Shown here piece after piece: positions 38,943-53,272 of a stretch of DNA of 64,000 nucleotides. The translations under genes and the position numbers were made by a program. Under the pieces are notes generated by a model. It ran no database searches. It was given only the letters and a program-made list of their open reading frames with translations, and was not told the DNA's origin. Numbering within the stretch: position 1 is the first letter of the stretch; each line of letters starts with the position of its first letter. Where the stretch lies: contig CM052816.1 in the NCBI GenBank assembly GCA_028534125.1, positions 73,968,001-74,032,000 on the forward strand, written 5' to 3'. Source of the DNA: Lama glama (lineage: Eukaryota).

Positions 38943-39729
38943 GTAAGTACACCCTTTTAGTACAACTCTGGGTTAATATTACTGGAATAATGTGGTTACT
39001 GTGTCATTTATCAGTATGCTGATGCTTTCTGTACTACCCATAAAAACATTTTAAGAATTTATTGAAATGGAGAAACAAAGTTGACTCGAATATATTTTGT
39101 AGTTTTTATATTCAAGGTATCAGAATATAAGCTTGAGAGTAGGCAGTCTTGTTTGTTCCCTGCTGTATTTCCAGCGTCTGTAGACACTGTCTAGACTAAT
39201 AAACCTAATGTAAGTTAAGGACACCTTTAATCTATAAAACTGAATCTATGTCCAGACTTCATGAACAACCTACACAATAGCGGCCTGGCAAAGTTAATTT
39301 TTAATATGATTTTAGCACGACAGCTGAATATTCATTGGTAGCTTTAGGGTAAATCAAACTGGTTTTGCTGTAGACTAATTGAGGTAGGCTTTTTGAATGT
39401 TGAGAAGTACACATCTGGGCACACACACATAGAAGTGTTTCTGGTTCTAATTAACTATTACATAGAAATGTAGGGAGTTTTGATGAAATGTTTACACAGA
39501 TATAAAGAACTTTTAAACTGTCAGATTTATCTTTGTCAATAGCTAAAATTTTAGAAATTGATCACACTTTTCTTAAACAGCAGGAGAAAACACCAAGCAC
39601 AATTGGAATATCTAGGAAGGAATTGTGATAGGTAAATGCATAGCAGTTAATTGTAGCTAAAAGCGGGCAGGGACCATTCCGGATTTAAGAAATGGTAGTA
39701 CTTTAGCTTAAGTCCTGTCTTTTCTGTTG

Positions 39730-40420
39730 TCTTAGTTTTTTTAACATATAAAATAGTGTACACAGAGTTTGAATAATGTACACAAAGTTTAAGTCAAAGT
39801 TTTATAAAGTGAATACTCAGTCAAACAGCATCCAAAAGAAAAAGGATGTTATCAACATCCCAAAAGCCCGCTCTGTCCCCTTCTAATCATTATTGCTCTC
39901 CAAGGATAACCAGTATTTTGATTTAACATTAGTTATGCCTCTGTTCAATATTTATATTAATAGAGTCATATAGAATATATTATTTTCCTCACTTTCATTC
40001 AACATTGAAATTAATACATATGGTAGCATGTAACTGGAGGTGACTTATTCTCAGAGCATTCCACTGTATTAACATTTGTCTCTTGATGAACATTGGGGTA
40101 GCTTCCACTTTGGGGCTGTTAGATTAGGGCTGCTACTCTGGTTTGTGTCTCAGTGGACAGACATTTGCCCTTATTTCTCTTGGTGTATACCTGGGAGTGG
40201 AGTTTCTGGGACATAGGGTAGCCAGCTTAGTAGAGACTGCTAAGTATTTTTCTGAAGAGATTGTTCCAATATATGCGTTGAGTGCTGTATGGTTTCCAGT
40301 TGCTCTACTTTGACAGCACTAGGTATTTGCTGTTTAAGGTTAGCCTTTGTGGTGGGTGTGTGGTATCTAAGTTGTGATTTTTAAGTTGAATATACTTGAT
40401 AACTAATGGTGGTACACCTT
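39730..40420 (-). mobile_element. Old L1ME-like remnant in PAIP1 intron 2
   Basis: gataaccagtattttg..ttgatgaacattggggtagcttccacttt..atacctgggagtggagtttctggg. Confidence 0.6.
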
Positions 40421-43400
40421 TTTTGTTATTTTGGGGTGGGGTGGGAGGACTTTACTTCCATATTTTATAGAAAGTATGGAAAAGCTTTATTCCATGTTTT
40501 AGAAACTTCATGTATCTTACACTGCATTAGGAAAAGAGCTTTGGGGCTGGAGAGGGAAAAATGTAGGCATAGCAGGAAGAGCAGCTGATTTGGGGTGAAA
40601 TGGGCCATCAATTATGTAAAGTAGAAATGAGAACAGCTTGGATCCTTGCCAAAAAATTGTATGTCTCTTTGAGAGGAAGGAACCATTGGAGAGCTGCTGG
40701 GTAGTCGAATAAACCCTTAAGGATACTTATCTTAACAGCCACAAATGGTTCCTCATTTGTTTTCTTCCTATTGATTTGGGCTATTTTATGATAGGAGGGA
40801 GGCATTTTTTTTTTCACAGTTATGTACCGACAAGTTTTATACATAGTTCAAGAGAGCAGCGTGTGGAGCCACTTCGTCTGAGCCACTGCCATCTTTTAGG
40901 CATTCTTTGATATCCTCTAGTAGGTCAGCTCCTGCTGTTCTCAGTTTGCCAGAACAGATTAAAAACTGGAAGCCTGTGGCTCACGAGTGGACTGCAGGTG
41001 TGTCTTCTTTGACCCTGAGTGTTTTTTTTAAATGGGGCTTTATGATAAGTTACCAATACTTAAATATTGCAAATCTGAATTTTCTGATTTCTCTTAAAAT
41101 TGTAAGCTTTGGTCATACTGGACTGTTATTTTGACAGAGCAAAAGTTGGCTGGAGCTGAACAGAGGCTGCCCCTTTAGATGGAGTGTGAGCTCTGATTTG
41201 CTCACTGGCTTACTTCATTAGCCTCTAATCCACCTGGATTCTATAGGCATTCACACTTGCTACTCCTGCCCCAGTATATTCACTGGCCTTACCCTTTTAC
41301 TCTCTGTCAAAGCTGAGTTTTTCTCAATTGACTTAGTTACAGAAAAGCAAAATCCTTGTTTTTCCCCGACTCTTTAGGTAAAATCTGGTTGTGAGACAAA
41401 CTTTTCCTTATTAACCATAACTCAAAGTTGTTATATTCACTGTTTCATTCAACGAATAGTTGAATACTTATCACGAGTCAAGGACTAGGGATACAGCAGT
41501 AAACAAAACAGACAAAAATTCCTGTCTTCACAGAGTCTCTGTTCCATGGTGTCCTGGCTGGGTTTCTAGAAATTCCTTGAGTCTGCTTTTTTCATACACA
41601 TGAGAAGCTATTGCTTGGTATCCTTAAGCTGGATCTGCTCAAAGAATGGATATTTAAAAAAATTTTTATGATAGTCTTTTGCTGTGCTTTCATAACTCTT
41701 CAGAAACTCCAAGCCCTTTTATTTTCAGTCCTTCCTCAAATCCCACTGCTAGAATTTCCTGTTTTCCATGCCTTCTTACCAGTAAGTTACTGTATCCATC
41801 TGTTCCTGGGCATTGCTTCTCAGGTAAATCATTACATCTTGAATATTTAATCACAGCTCACTTATGAGAAATGAAAATACCACACAGGAGTTCATAAAGC
41901 ATTTATTAAGACACAAAATTTCTCCCCACCTGTGTGCGCATGCATGTACTTACACACATACACAAACACACAATCCCAGCTTTTTTCTAAAAACATCTCC
42001 CTACAAGTTACCAGTTTTTCTTCTGCCTTTCAGTAGTGACATTCTCCAAAATGTAAAATTATTCACTCTTGGTACTACTTTACTTCTCACTGACTGTTCA
42101 AACCTCTGCAGACTGATCTCCTTAATTGTACTGATACTATTTTTGTGACAGTTACTGGCATTTTGGGGGTTTTAAAATCTGTTGTCCTCTTATCTCTCAT
42201 CTTAATAGGTTTTGTTGACCATACTATGAACTGTAACGTTTAACAGGTCCCAGTGTGGGTCCTGTGTGAGGTGCTAAAGGTAACTTTTCAGTGTTTCAAA
42301 AGTTCTTCCTATTTCTATAAGGCCTGAATATTTAAGATACTGATTTTTATTTTAATTTACTCCTAAGACAATGCAACCATCATTCACTTCAGAATTCAAC
42401 CAATGAAATTATTCTGTAGCATTTGATACTATGACTACTTTTACCTTTTTCTTTGGCTTCTGTGACAGTACCACATCCTCCCAATTTGCAGATCATTCCT
42501 CCTTCCTTCAGACTGCAGTTTCTGAGGTTCTGTCTTTTTTTCTGTTTTGTTACCTCCCTTGGTGATACTACCTACCCCCTAGAATCTAACCATCACCCAC
42601 CTACCTCTGATAACTCTGGAATCTAATTCTTCCTCTCAGCTCCAGGCTTGTGTTGCCATTTGTTTGACCTCATCTGAGGATCTCACCTCCAAACTCAAGT
42701 ATAAAAAATAATTTATCTTCTACAAACCTCTTATATTTTTATGTTCTAACTAGCTGCTCAGTCTAAAAACTTGGTGGTGAATTGACTTGATTTTCTCTTT
42801 CACATTCTTGCCCCCTTTCAATCAAGTTAACTAGAGTAGTCTTGACTGTTTTCACCACCTAAGTATCTGATAATTTCCTTTTACTCCCACTGCTTTGGCT
42901 AAGGTTCTCATCTCTTGACAGTGTATTGAAAAGTGCCTACCATGAAGTGAGTTTTCCAATTGATGTCCTTCCTAATCTCTTGTCACAGAACTCTAAAAAG
43001 ATAAATAATGCTCAAACATTTCTCAGCTTAGAAGCCATTTGACTTCACATTGAAGACTGAAGAAATCTGTACTTTAAAAAATCTAGTACTGGAGAACTTA
43101 ACCCAGGCTTTGATTCAAACATGTTAGAATGCTTATCTGTTCAGAATACTCCATGCCTCCTTTTTCGCTTCAAGTGACAGGCTCTGAATCCCCTGTTCTG
43201 CTATATTCACAGCAGCTCTACTTCATCCTTTACTTTCACACTTCAGATTCTCTTAAAAGAATTACATTCATTTGACGGAAAAAAAGACTGAAGTCAGTGT
43301 TTTAAAATACATTTTGCCAAAAGGAATGACATTTGATAGAAGCAAGAAATTAATACTGTCAGCTGAGACCTGTAGACTGCCTGTTTTTATCATTACCAGT

Positions 43401-46057
43401 AGGTACTATAAATCTTAACAGTAGGATACTATAAATCTGTAAAACTGCACTACATCAGAAACTTAAACTAGATAAAAACTTAAACTAGCTTTAACTGTAA
43501 AACTCACACATGTACATAGTCAACATTAAGATAGTGTATGCTCTTACAATGCTTAACTGCTTTCACAATTTTAAAAGATTCAGTATTTATAAGAACATTA
43601 CCTACAAAGATAACTATTATCCCTTGGCTGTCTTTCCAGAAATTTCCACTGCCTGTAAGTCTCTTCTTAAGAAAGTCAAATTGTACTTAACATGGTTCTG
43701 ATCCTCTTCTAATTCACTGTATTGAGAGAATTTTTGTATTAATACATGTAAATATATCATTTTTATTAAGTGGTTGTATTATATTCCATAATACAGATAT
43801 AAGGTAACATATTTAACCAGTTCTGTGTTCATGAACTGTTGGATGGGTTTTTGGCAACATGTATCCTTGTTTTATATGTCAGAGTTGGGTTTTAAGAATT
43901 TGTTGGTTGTTTGGAATATAGAGGTTAAAAGCACAGGCTTTATTCTGTGCTCAATTTTTTAAGACTAGCTATATGACCATGTGCAAATTACTTGAGTTGG
44001 TACATGGTCTTTCCTTGCTCAAACCCACCCTAGCCACCACCCTTGCTGTGGTTTTTGCACTGCCTCTTAAACCAGTCTCCTTAGTGTGGTTCCCAAAACC
44101 CCATACCATCTCCTCATTTGTCTCATTGATCCCAGTAGCAAATGCCCCATCCTCAGTTTCTGTTCTGGCCTTTCTTAAAGGTGTCAGTCAAGTATGTATC
44201 TCCCTGGGGCCTATATGCTTCTTGTGCCCACTGCATAGAATATCTTTCCTCATATTTTATGACTGACTTTTTTTTCTGCTCTTTCTCAGTTTAGATGTTA
44301 ATTCAGAATCCTTCCCTGACCATTTTCATTATATCTCAATGTCTGAAGGGTGCCTTCCATCATAAAGCATAAGCTCCATGAGAGGAGGACTTGTCTGCTT
44401 TATTTATGGTATGACTGTACTCCCAGCACCCAGAACATTCTTTGGTATTCAGTAGGCATGCAACACTCCAGCAGTTTTGAATGAGTAACATGCTATACAT
44501 GCAGCTGGTGGCTGGTAGCTTATAATAGAGTATCATCCTAAGTGTAGTGATCCCTCTGCTTTTTGGATACGTTTTATGCTTTAGCCCCTTTAGGTATGAG
44601 AACATGACTCTTGCATTTGGAATATGTTTCAGTCTTTTCTAAAAATTTAAAAATTGTTGAACACTTAGTGCCTTACTATGTGCTACTTACCAGTCCAGGG
44701 GCATTTACTGATGCAACTCACTTAACTCATTTACTCATTTAATCCTCAGTCACACAGCTGTAATGTTTATAATTCATGAATTTGTATTTCATCAGTTTAA
44801 TGCCTTTATCTTACAATAGAGTACTTTGGATTCAAATGTGTGATCAGACAAATATTTAAATATAAGAGTATGAACACTATATAAGCATGATATGGGCACA
44901 TTAGTCTGCTCTTCCTGCAGCTGATCTTATTTCCTGAGTGTCTTTCATAGTACATGCAAGTGCCATGTTAAGTATCACTTTAGTGTCTAGAGATACATAA
45001 AAATTAAGCAACATGGCCTCTAAATGGCAGTCAGCTGAAGAAACAGTTGGTCAGCATCAACAGTGGAGGAATAATTAGCTATGTTAGTTTTTCTACTAAG
45101 ATTTTATGTCCATCCCCAACATGGAGCTTTCCTAAGGGGAATTTTGACCAAGTGTGATGATTTTTTTTTCTTTATGTGGTCACTAAGTTTAGAACTTAAC
45201 CTCGTCATAAAATGCTTCCAAACCTCTTCATAAAATGCTTCCATATTGTAGTCATAATTCTTTCATGTGGTTTCTTATTTGACTTCTTTTGGAAAGGGGT
45301 AAGTTTCATCAAGCAATATAGTTATTAGTGGATCATAATGGTTAAGTAAAATGCTTTGGGTGATATTCCAGGCATTGTCAGTATAAACATTGATACTGTT
45401 AAACCTTTTGCAGTAGTCACCCAGCTCAGCCTCTTGCCATTAATTAAAAGGTTGAGAACTACTAAAGGTGAGAGAGATATTAGTTGAAAACAGTGCTATT
45501 ATCAAGATTGGCTAGTTGGACATAGGAGCCAAAAAGTCTCCCTCCACTGTACACTATTTTATTTTATAGTCAGTTAACTATATTTCCCTGTCCTTGGGGA
45601 TTAATAGACAGGTGACAGACCTTACCTTTTTTTCAATATAGAGATTGTCACATAGCTATAAGAATACAGAGAAGGGTATAATGAATCCCCATGGCCTCAG
45701 TAGTTAGCTATAGGTGGCCATTCTTATTTCTATCTCTGATTGCTCCCCCTCCCATTTTGAAACAAATCCTGGATCTTACTGTATCCGTAAATCTTTCTTA
45801 ATTGTGATATTGGAATTGTAGTGAAATATTGATTTTAAACTTTATTTTTCAGCCATTCAGTAAATCTGCCAGGGGTGAGAAGATAATTCCCTAGCTGGCT
45901 GGATGGAACCCTTCTGTTATGACATTTGGCCATTGGGCAAGAAAGAAGGGTAGCTCAGTGGGTTTTAGCAGGTGAAGGATTCTTCGAAATTTCATTTGAG
46001 CTAGAGACATCACAACTTAAAGTTGCCTTATGTTTATTTTAGACAGTTGCATGAATT

Positions 46058-46060
<3 letters not shown>

Positions 46061-46089
<29 letters not shown>
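46061..46089 (+). repeat. T29 homopolymer in the polypyrimidine tract of PAIP1 exon 3
   Basis: 29 consecutive T ending 16 nt before the exon. Confidence 0.95.
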
Positions 46090-46091
<2 letters not shown>

Positions 46092-46105
46092 GTTTTGCTG
46101 TATAG

Positions 46106-46291
46106 GAGTCCTATGAGGATGGTTGTGAAGATTATCCCACTCTGTCAGAATATGTTCAGGATTTTTTGAATCACCTTACAGAGCAGCCTGGCAGTTTTGA
46201 AACTGAAATTGAACAGTTTGCAGAGACCCTGAATGGCTGGGTTACAACAGATGATGCTTTGCAAGAACTTGTGGAACTCATCTATCAACAG
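46106..46291 (+). CDS. PAIP1: PAIP1 exon 3 (ESYEDGCEDYPTLSEYVQDFLNHLTEQPGSFETEIEQFAETLNGWVTTDDALQELVELIYQQ), start of MIF4G domain
   Basis: Acceptor tgtatag|GAG, donor CAG|gtaggt; 186 nt; hand translation. Confidence 0.97.
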
Positions 46292-49200
46292 GTAGGTTGG
46301 TTGATGGTGTAGGGTGATCACTGGATCGATTCCATGATGCCCAAGGATGTGGCTGCTCCCTGTGGTGAGGGAGGCTAGGTTCATGTTCACCAGCTTCCAC
46401 ACTCCTTGATTCTTTGTGGTTCATGAGAGCTTTTAAGTCTCCTGTATAAAATTCCTGTTGTTAGGGATCTAGGGCTAGAACCGAACTGCAAATCCTCCTG
46501 TGTAGCAAAGGCTCCATACAGGCAATTGGAAGGAGCTATGGCATTTGTGAGGAAAGCTACATGAGTATCCTATCTCTTTTCCAACATGCCCCCACCATTT
46601 TGCAGGATCTAAATGTAATAATACACGAAAAAGACCTGTTTTCCCCTAGATGTTGAATTATATAGCATTATTATTAGAGTAAGGGAGAAAAAAATCACTG
46701 AAGAACTTTTTTGCCTCATAAATGATTCTTTAAAAAAAAAAAAAGGACCACGAAACACCCTGACTTTAGTCTTAACATTTCTCCTTGTCTTTATTTAAAA
46801 ATTTCAAGGATTTACATCTTATTTGGTTAAATCTAATGTCAGTCTAGGTTGTTCACAGAAAGTTCAGTTTTAATTCTAGCATACTGGTCATTGACACATT
46901 AATGCTGTTTTAAGTGGGGAAAAATAGGCAATACTGGATTTTTGAAGACAATTTTAAGGTCAGTGAGTGAGACTGGCCAAAAACAGAGTTGGATTAAACA
47001 GAAATACAACCTTTAGTGTTCTTTAAGTCATTGCTGAAAGAGCAGCTCAAATTTAGAATATATGAAAGGGTGATTTATGATAGCAGTTTGAATTTTTTTT
47101 ATATGCTACCTAGTGTTTCATTTGGCCACTTCCTGGTTTGTTTTGGATTGTTACTGGACCTCAGTATTACCTGGCCAACTCTTAAATGTCTGAAAATGCC
47201 TGAGATTTTAGGAAGATAGAACTGCTTTTTTGTCCTGATTCCTACTTTCGGATTCTGTATGGATTGAAAAGGAATATAAGTTAAGAAAATGGAAGAATTA
47301 CACTTACTTGTTACTGCTTTTCTGGTTTTGGCCTAATTTCAGCTCTTCAGTAGGCTGCTTGATTATAGTTCTTATATCAGAACTATAATATTATTTATAG
47401 TTCTTATTATACTCTTAATCAGAGTTGGTTACAAAGATTTGGTTAGAAAGGCTGTAACTGAACAAACTACAATTTCTGTGATTGTCTCAAAGCCAATGCT
47501 TCAAATATGTACTTAGTATTATTTTTAAATTTTAACATTTTGGGGTCAGTGATACAGATTTATCAGTGTTTTTGAGTTGCATTAAGGGAACTCATAGCAA
47601 CTAACGAAAGACCTGTTCAAAAAAAATGCAGATTAAACATATTCAACTTTGATTCTTTACCAAATACCACTGATGACAGTATCAGGATTTTAAAGAGCTA
47701 GAAGCCCATAGGACTTGTACAGGGAAAGGAGATAGACATACCCGTTTTTAAGACTAGAAAGCAGGTGGGTGAGTGGTAACTGACTTGATAGATCTAAAAA
47801 GTTGAATTCTAAGCCAGTGGGGAAAGCTGAGAATTGTCCTGATTTATGATACAGAAGATCCAAAAAGTCTCTAGGATAAGGATGGAGCGAGGCTAAAAAG
47901 ATTGCTTGAAAATCTAAAAACACAATTAGACTATCTAGATCTTTTTGCACTGAATAACCAGTTTGAAGCTTTATCATAATCCTTCTTGAAGTTACTGAAG
48001 GAGGTACTCCACCAAAAAGAAGATTGAAGCCAAGGGTGAAAACGTGGGAACTAGCAAATGGGAAATTTTATAGGAGAGACTAAGTGAATCACCTAGATGA
48101 TGGTAAACAGAGATCCCAAGGCAATAGCCATGCACATGGCAGTCCTAGAGGGGCCAGGCTTCACTGTAATAGGGCAGAAGGCTCCAGGGAAGGCTTCCCT
48201 GGTAAGATGAGCACACTCCCTGTATTTGAAGGTCCCAGGAAGAAATTTACAAACTAGTGAGAAGTATATAAAAAATTAAGTGTAGGGAAAACAAAAGTTG
48301 TGCAAGAGGAGGAATCAGTGTCATACATGGTGCCGCTATAAATGGAAACACAAAACTAATAAAATCATAGTGTAACCATAATGGTAGGCAGAAGGATGGG
48401 GAACTAGTGGAATGGAGTAGGGTTACGTAGGATGAAAACCAAATGCCCACGTTCCTTGGTGAGAAACTAGTAAGAAATAATGTCTAAACTCAAAAATCAC
48501 AGAGCATAGAGATACAGAGGTTAAAATCTTTAGCTGAAAGAACTGAAAGTAGTTGTCTATGAAAGTAAAATTGAGGTGTAGCAGGGAAGTGGGAAACTTC
48601 AAAAACCAGCCTTGTTGAACTTCTTTAAATTGTGATCATTTAAAAATAAAGGGAAACAGGCCATGGTAATAATGGTTAAAGTATACATTTTGACTTTCAA
48701 GTCTTTTGTGGAACCAGATACACACATATGATGTCAGGAGAAACCAGTCTTCCTTAATGAGAAATGTACAAGGTCCTGTGTGAGCAAGGAAATAATTAGA
48801 AATAGAAAGTTATGATTATAAAGTACTTACTCAAAGCCCAACAGTGCTGAACACTTGACCTGCAGTTAACTCCTTTGATCCTCAGTGGTTGCAAGGTATC
48901 ACTCATATCCCCATTTTATACGTAGCTTAACAGAGGTTAAATGACTTGTCTAAGGTTACACACTGGTAACTAGACCCAACATAGGGTTGGAGGGGCATCA
49001 GGCCATTTGTTAGATCTAGACTCTGGTTAACTACTACCTTTGTGATGTTGGTCAAGTTCCTTAATGTGTGTTCTCTACTATTCTTTAAAAACTGCAGTGA
49101 AAGTTGAACTTCCTGAGTACTTCTTTGGCTGTATCACAGTCTGATACTCAGTGTTTCCTCACTGTCTTATTATTAAAAATAGCTTATTTGTATTGATTTA

Positions 49201-49758
49201 TTCTTTACCCCAAATGTGTTTGGAGTGTTCTTTAAGTGTTAATCTTTCCTACTAGGTACCGTAATCACCTTTTTAAGAATCAAGAAACTGAAGCTCAGGG
49301 AGGTTTAGTGATGTCCAAGGTCACAAAACAGGCCTGGGAGTCTTGGTGTGGACTGCTAGATGCCAAAGTTGGTGCCATCCTGTTGCTGAGAAATACTACA
49401 GATCAATAGTTTGGCAAATATTCTTATTCATAATTGATACTATGCAACTGGGTACATATACACATTTTGTGCAAAATGGGTTGATGTAAAGGGAGATGTT
49501 CCCTTTGCCTTCTGCTAACCTCGGGTAACTGGTGGGGGGAGCTGGCCTTAGTGTTTTTCTTTGTACTTATTCTGGTTCTTGGTAAGGTTGGGAGGGAGAG
49601 TTAATTTCCTTATGCCTAACAATTATCGGTGACTTGTACATTTTTCTGTACAATTTTGGGGGCAGAAATGTTTTTCCTCTTTAGAATGTTGCTGTTAAGT
49701 GTTTGCATTAATAACTTGATGCATTTGTGTCATACAAACATTTTTTTCTTTTTGAAAG

Positions 49759-49871
49759 GCCACATCTATCCCAAATTTCTCTTACATGGGAGCTCGCCTC
49801 TGTAATTACCTGTCCCATCATCTGACAATTAGCCCACAGAGTGGCAACTTCCGCCAATTGCTACTTCAAAG
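49759..49871 (+). CDS. PAIP1: PAIP1 exon 4 (ATSIPNFSYMGARLCNYLSHHLTISPQSGNFRQLLLQ-R)
   Basis: Acceptor tttgaaag|GCC, donor AAG|gtcagt; 113 nt. Confidence 0.97.
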
Positions 49872-52800
49872 GTCAGTGTGAATATATGAAATTAAAGGAA
49901 AACTACTTCTAAACATACTAGAATTTGATAGTTTCTCTTTTCTAAAGACTGTTCTTTATAAAAAGTTGCAGGGGAGAAGAGGGCAGACTATTCTTATTTG
50001 TATAGTATTGAAAGTTTATAGTCATATACATCAGTCTTTTTCTATAATGGTCTCTGCCTTCCATTTTATACTTAGAATAAGACCATTTCCTTTTCCAAGG
50101 TCTTAAAAATGTGATCACATATAGTGCTTTTGTACTTTTGGCTTGAATAAGGATCAAATTTCACTTATTGCTGCATGTTTAACCAGTTTTTCCCATACTA
50201 CTTTCTTGAATAATCCTTTCCTTAATGATTAGAACTGCCACACTACATCCTTATGTTTGGGTTTTGATTCTGGACTTTCATTATATTCCTTTTGTTACTT
50301 GTTCTCTTCCTGTCTCATTACCATGCTATTAAAGAGCTGTAATTTTTTAATAGCTAGTCTAGTTACTTCCCCATTTTTTGTGTGTGGAGTCTTCTTTGCT
50401 GTTCTTGAATTTTTTTCCTCTGAACTTTAGAGTCAGCATGTGAAATCACACAAATCTTGTTGATGTTGATATTTGGGGGATGACATTAAATTAATGTAGG
50501 GAAATGAATTTTCTTATAATTTGAGCCATTTTATTCAAAACAGGGTTGTCTTTGAGTATTGTAGTTTGCCTATTAGTTCTTTAAAGATACTTTTGGTTGC
50601 AAAGTATTCCATTGTGTGGTTAAACTGTGCTGAAACAGAATAAAGATTCCAAAGGTACACTCCAGAAACACTTGAAAAATTTAAGTTTTTGGTGAAGATT
50701 ATACTTCAGATACATATGTAAAAGGCATATTGTGTGGCTGACAGAACTGGCTAGTTGTTCGGAGGCAAAAAAAACAAAACAAAGATGGATTTCTGTCTCA
50801 CTCTTTATACCAAAATACATTTCAAATATATGAAAGACTTAAAAGTGAAACAGTAAATACTAGGGGGGAAATTGACAAACAGTAAATACTAGGGGAAAAT
50901 TAACAATTAAACAATAATCTTAGATTGGTAAATCCCTTTTAAGCAAAACATACTCACAGGCCCTAAAATAAGAGATTAAACTTAATTACATACAGATTAT
51001 AATATTGAGGGGTCATAAATTTTTATGTAAAGTAAAAATAGGGAAGTTGATAACACTGGCAATGAGCTCATTTATTTAATATGAAAAGAAGAGCCTCTTA
51101 GGAATGAGTAAGAAAAAAAACAGTATTTTAATAGAAATACTTGGAATGGCTCTGAATAGGTGCAGTTTGGAAAAACATAAATGACAAGGTTATAAGAAGA
51201 TATCTAACCTTACTTACAATTAAAGAAATACAAATTACAGCTTCTGGAGAGATGTAGGAGTGGGCACTTCTAGGAGGCAGGATGGCAGAAAGGCTTGCTT
51301 ATCTTCCCTTGTGTTGCTTACCCCTGGCTCTGCTTTAGGGTTACCCTAGAGACTTTAAAAGGGGCTAAGTCCCTGCGCTTGGAAATTCTGATACAATTAG
51401 ACGGAAGTAGAGCCTGGGCATGGTTTTTTAAAGCTCCGCAGTGATTCTACTGTGTAGTCATAGTTGAGAACTACTCTTCTGACTCTTTACCTGGTGTGTG
51501 CTTCTCTACTATGATGCTGTCAAAGATCTTGCATGGAGAAATGCTAATCATCTAACTTAATCATCTAACTTCTGTTAAGTTAAAAATGCATCCATACTTT
51601 GAAAAAGACAAGTTATCTTCACGGCTATTATCTCAGTTGCAGTGACTTTGTTCTTTATATTTTTCTGTTTTAACTTTTTGAAATAACCATGTATTACTTT
51701 TATAGTTAAAAATCTTTAGCTTTAAGTTTTAGGGTCTTTTCTGTCACCTGGATAACCATGTATGAGGTTAGAGATTTGCTTTTGTACATATTAACATATG
51801 TTAATATGTAATTTAATAGTCATGGCACTTATAAAACAAAAGTCATTTCATCGAAGCTCTTACCTGCAAAGTCATAAAAGGAAGGACAGAGAAAGGAAAG
51901 CACCCAACAAGCTACTTGAATAACTGCATTGGAGTTAACTGATCCTTGCCATTAGTAACCAGAGTGTTCTACTTACCGATGTCCCAACTTTTTTCTGATG
52001 AGGGTTTAATATGTATGAGAAGGTAACAAATATCTTTTCATATCTGAATCAAACAGATACCCATTTAATATAGCTTGTAAGCATTGGACTCGGCCACGCA
52101 GGCATAATAAACTGCTGGGTTTAGGGCTGAAACATAAACTGACCCAAGGTAAATTCTTGGACAAGAAGTGACTTTGTTTCTTTAAAAAAATTTTTTTTTC
52201 CCCAAACAACCTAAACTGGTCTGGCAGATATGAAAGCCATTAAGTCTTTCTAAGCTGCTCTCTCAGTCTTTAAAAGGAGAACTATCAAAATCAGTCTTCT
52301 AAAACACATGCCTTTCCTAGAATGTTCTCACCACCTTACTGATAAAAATAAGAAAATCCTTAATGCCAAAATAATGATCGTTTAAAGTCCATTCTAAAAA
52401 TCCATTTTAGTAATGGTAGCTGACACCATGGTTCACTGATAAGAGACAACGACGGTCTTATTGTGATTATTTTAGACACCTTGTAGGAACTGAGTTCATT
52501 AGCTCTAATGCAAATGGACGGAGTTGGGGAAATCAAGCAAGGGAAAATTAGTTGACCCCTTTTTGTCTCTATTAGAAATAGAGACCAAATTAATTGCCTT
52601 TGACTTCAGCTGGGGACTTGCCCCGCATCTCTCTTCTGGTTTGTATAATAGAAATTATAAGGATCATGGGCTTAATAAGAATTTATTTTCAGCTTAAGTT
52701 GGAGGCCATCTATGTATCTTCTAAAGATCTGTTTCAAAGTTCATATTTCAGCAAGAGTGAGAATTTTAATTTACAGACACAGTTTGAGTAAAATCAGTGC

Positions 52801-53272
52801 TTTGTTTTTTTTTTGTTGGTTTTTTTTTTTTTTGAGTAAAGGTAATTTTATTTAGAAATACACACTGCATAGAGTGTAAGGCAAGGAAAGAAGTGTGGGA
52901 ATTGGGTGCTCAGGTTAAAGCAAAAGTAGGTACACACTCCATAGACAATGCGGGCCATCTCCGAAGAAGAGGGAGTGAAAAAGGGCGGTTAGGCATGATG
53001 TTGCCAGTGTTTATGGGCTCAGTAGCTCCACACGCCTACAGATGGGACCATTCCAGCTACCCTGGAGAAGGGGCTGGGATTCCCAGGAATTGGGCTACCA
53101 CTCATTCTTTGGCCTTTTGCTGTATGTATGGCGCCTGCGGACCTGTTATTATGCTATTACAATGAGCATATAATAAAGCTCAAGGTCTACTAGAAGTAAA
53201 AACTCCCGCAAACTTAATCCTCAAGGCCAACTGGGAGTTGAATCTTCCACCATTTTGATGTTAAATTGTTGT
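52801..53272 (-). mobile_element. ERV1-like LTR fragment ending in a poly(A) tail with TSD (retroposed LTR transcript)
   Basis: Minus-strand AATAAA (52852-52847) 13 nt before an A-rich tail (52833-52801); AATCAGTG(agtg)CTTT flanks at 52792 and 53273; LTR-like body. Confidence 0.65.
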
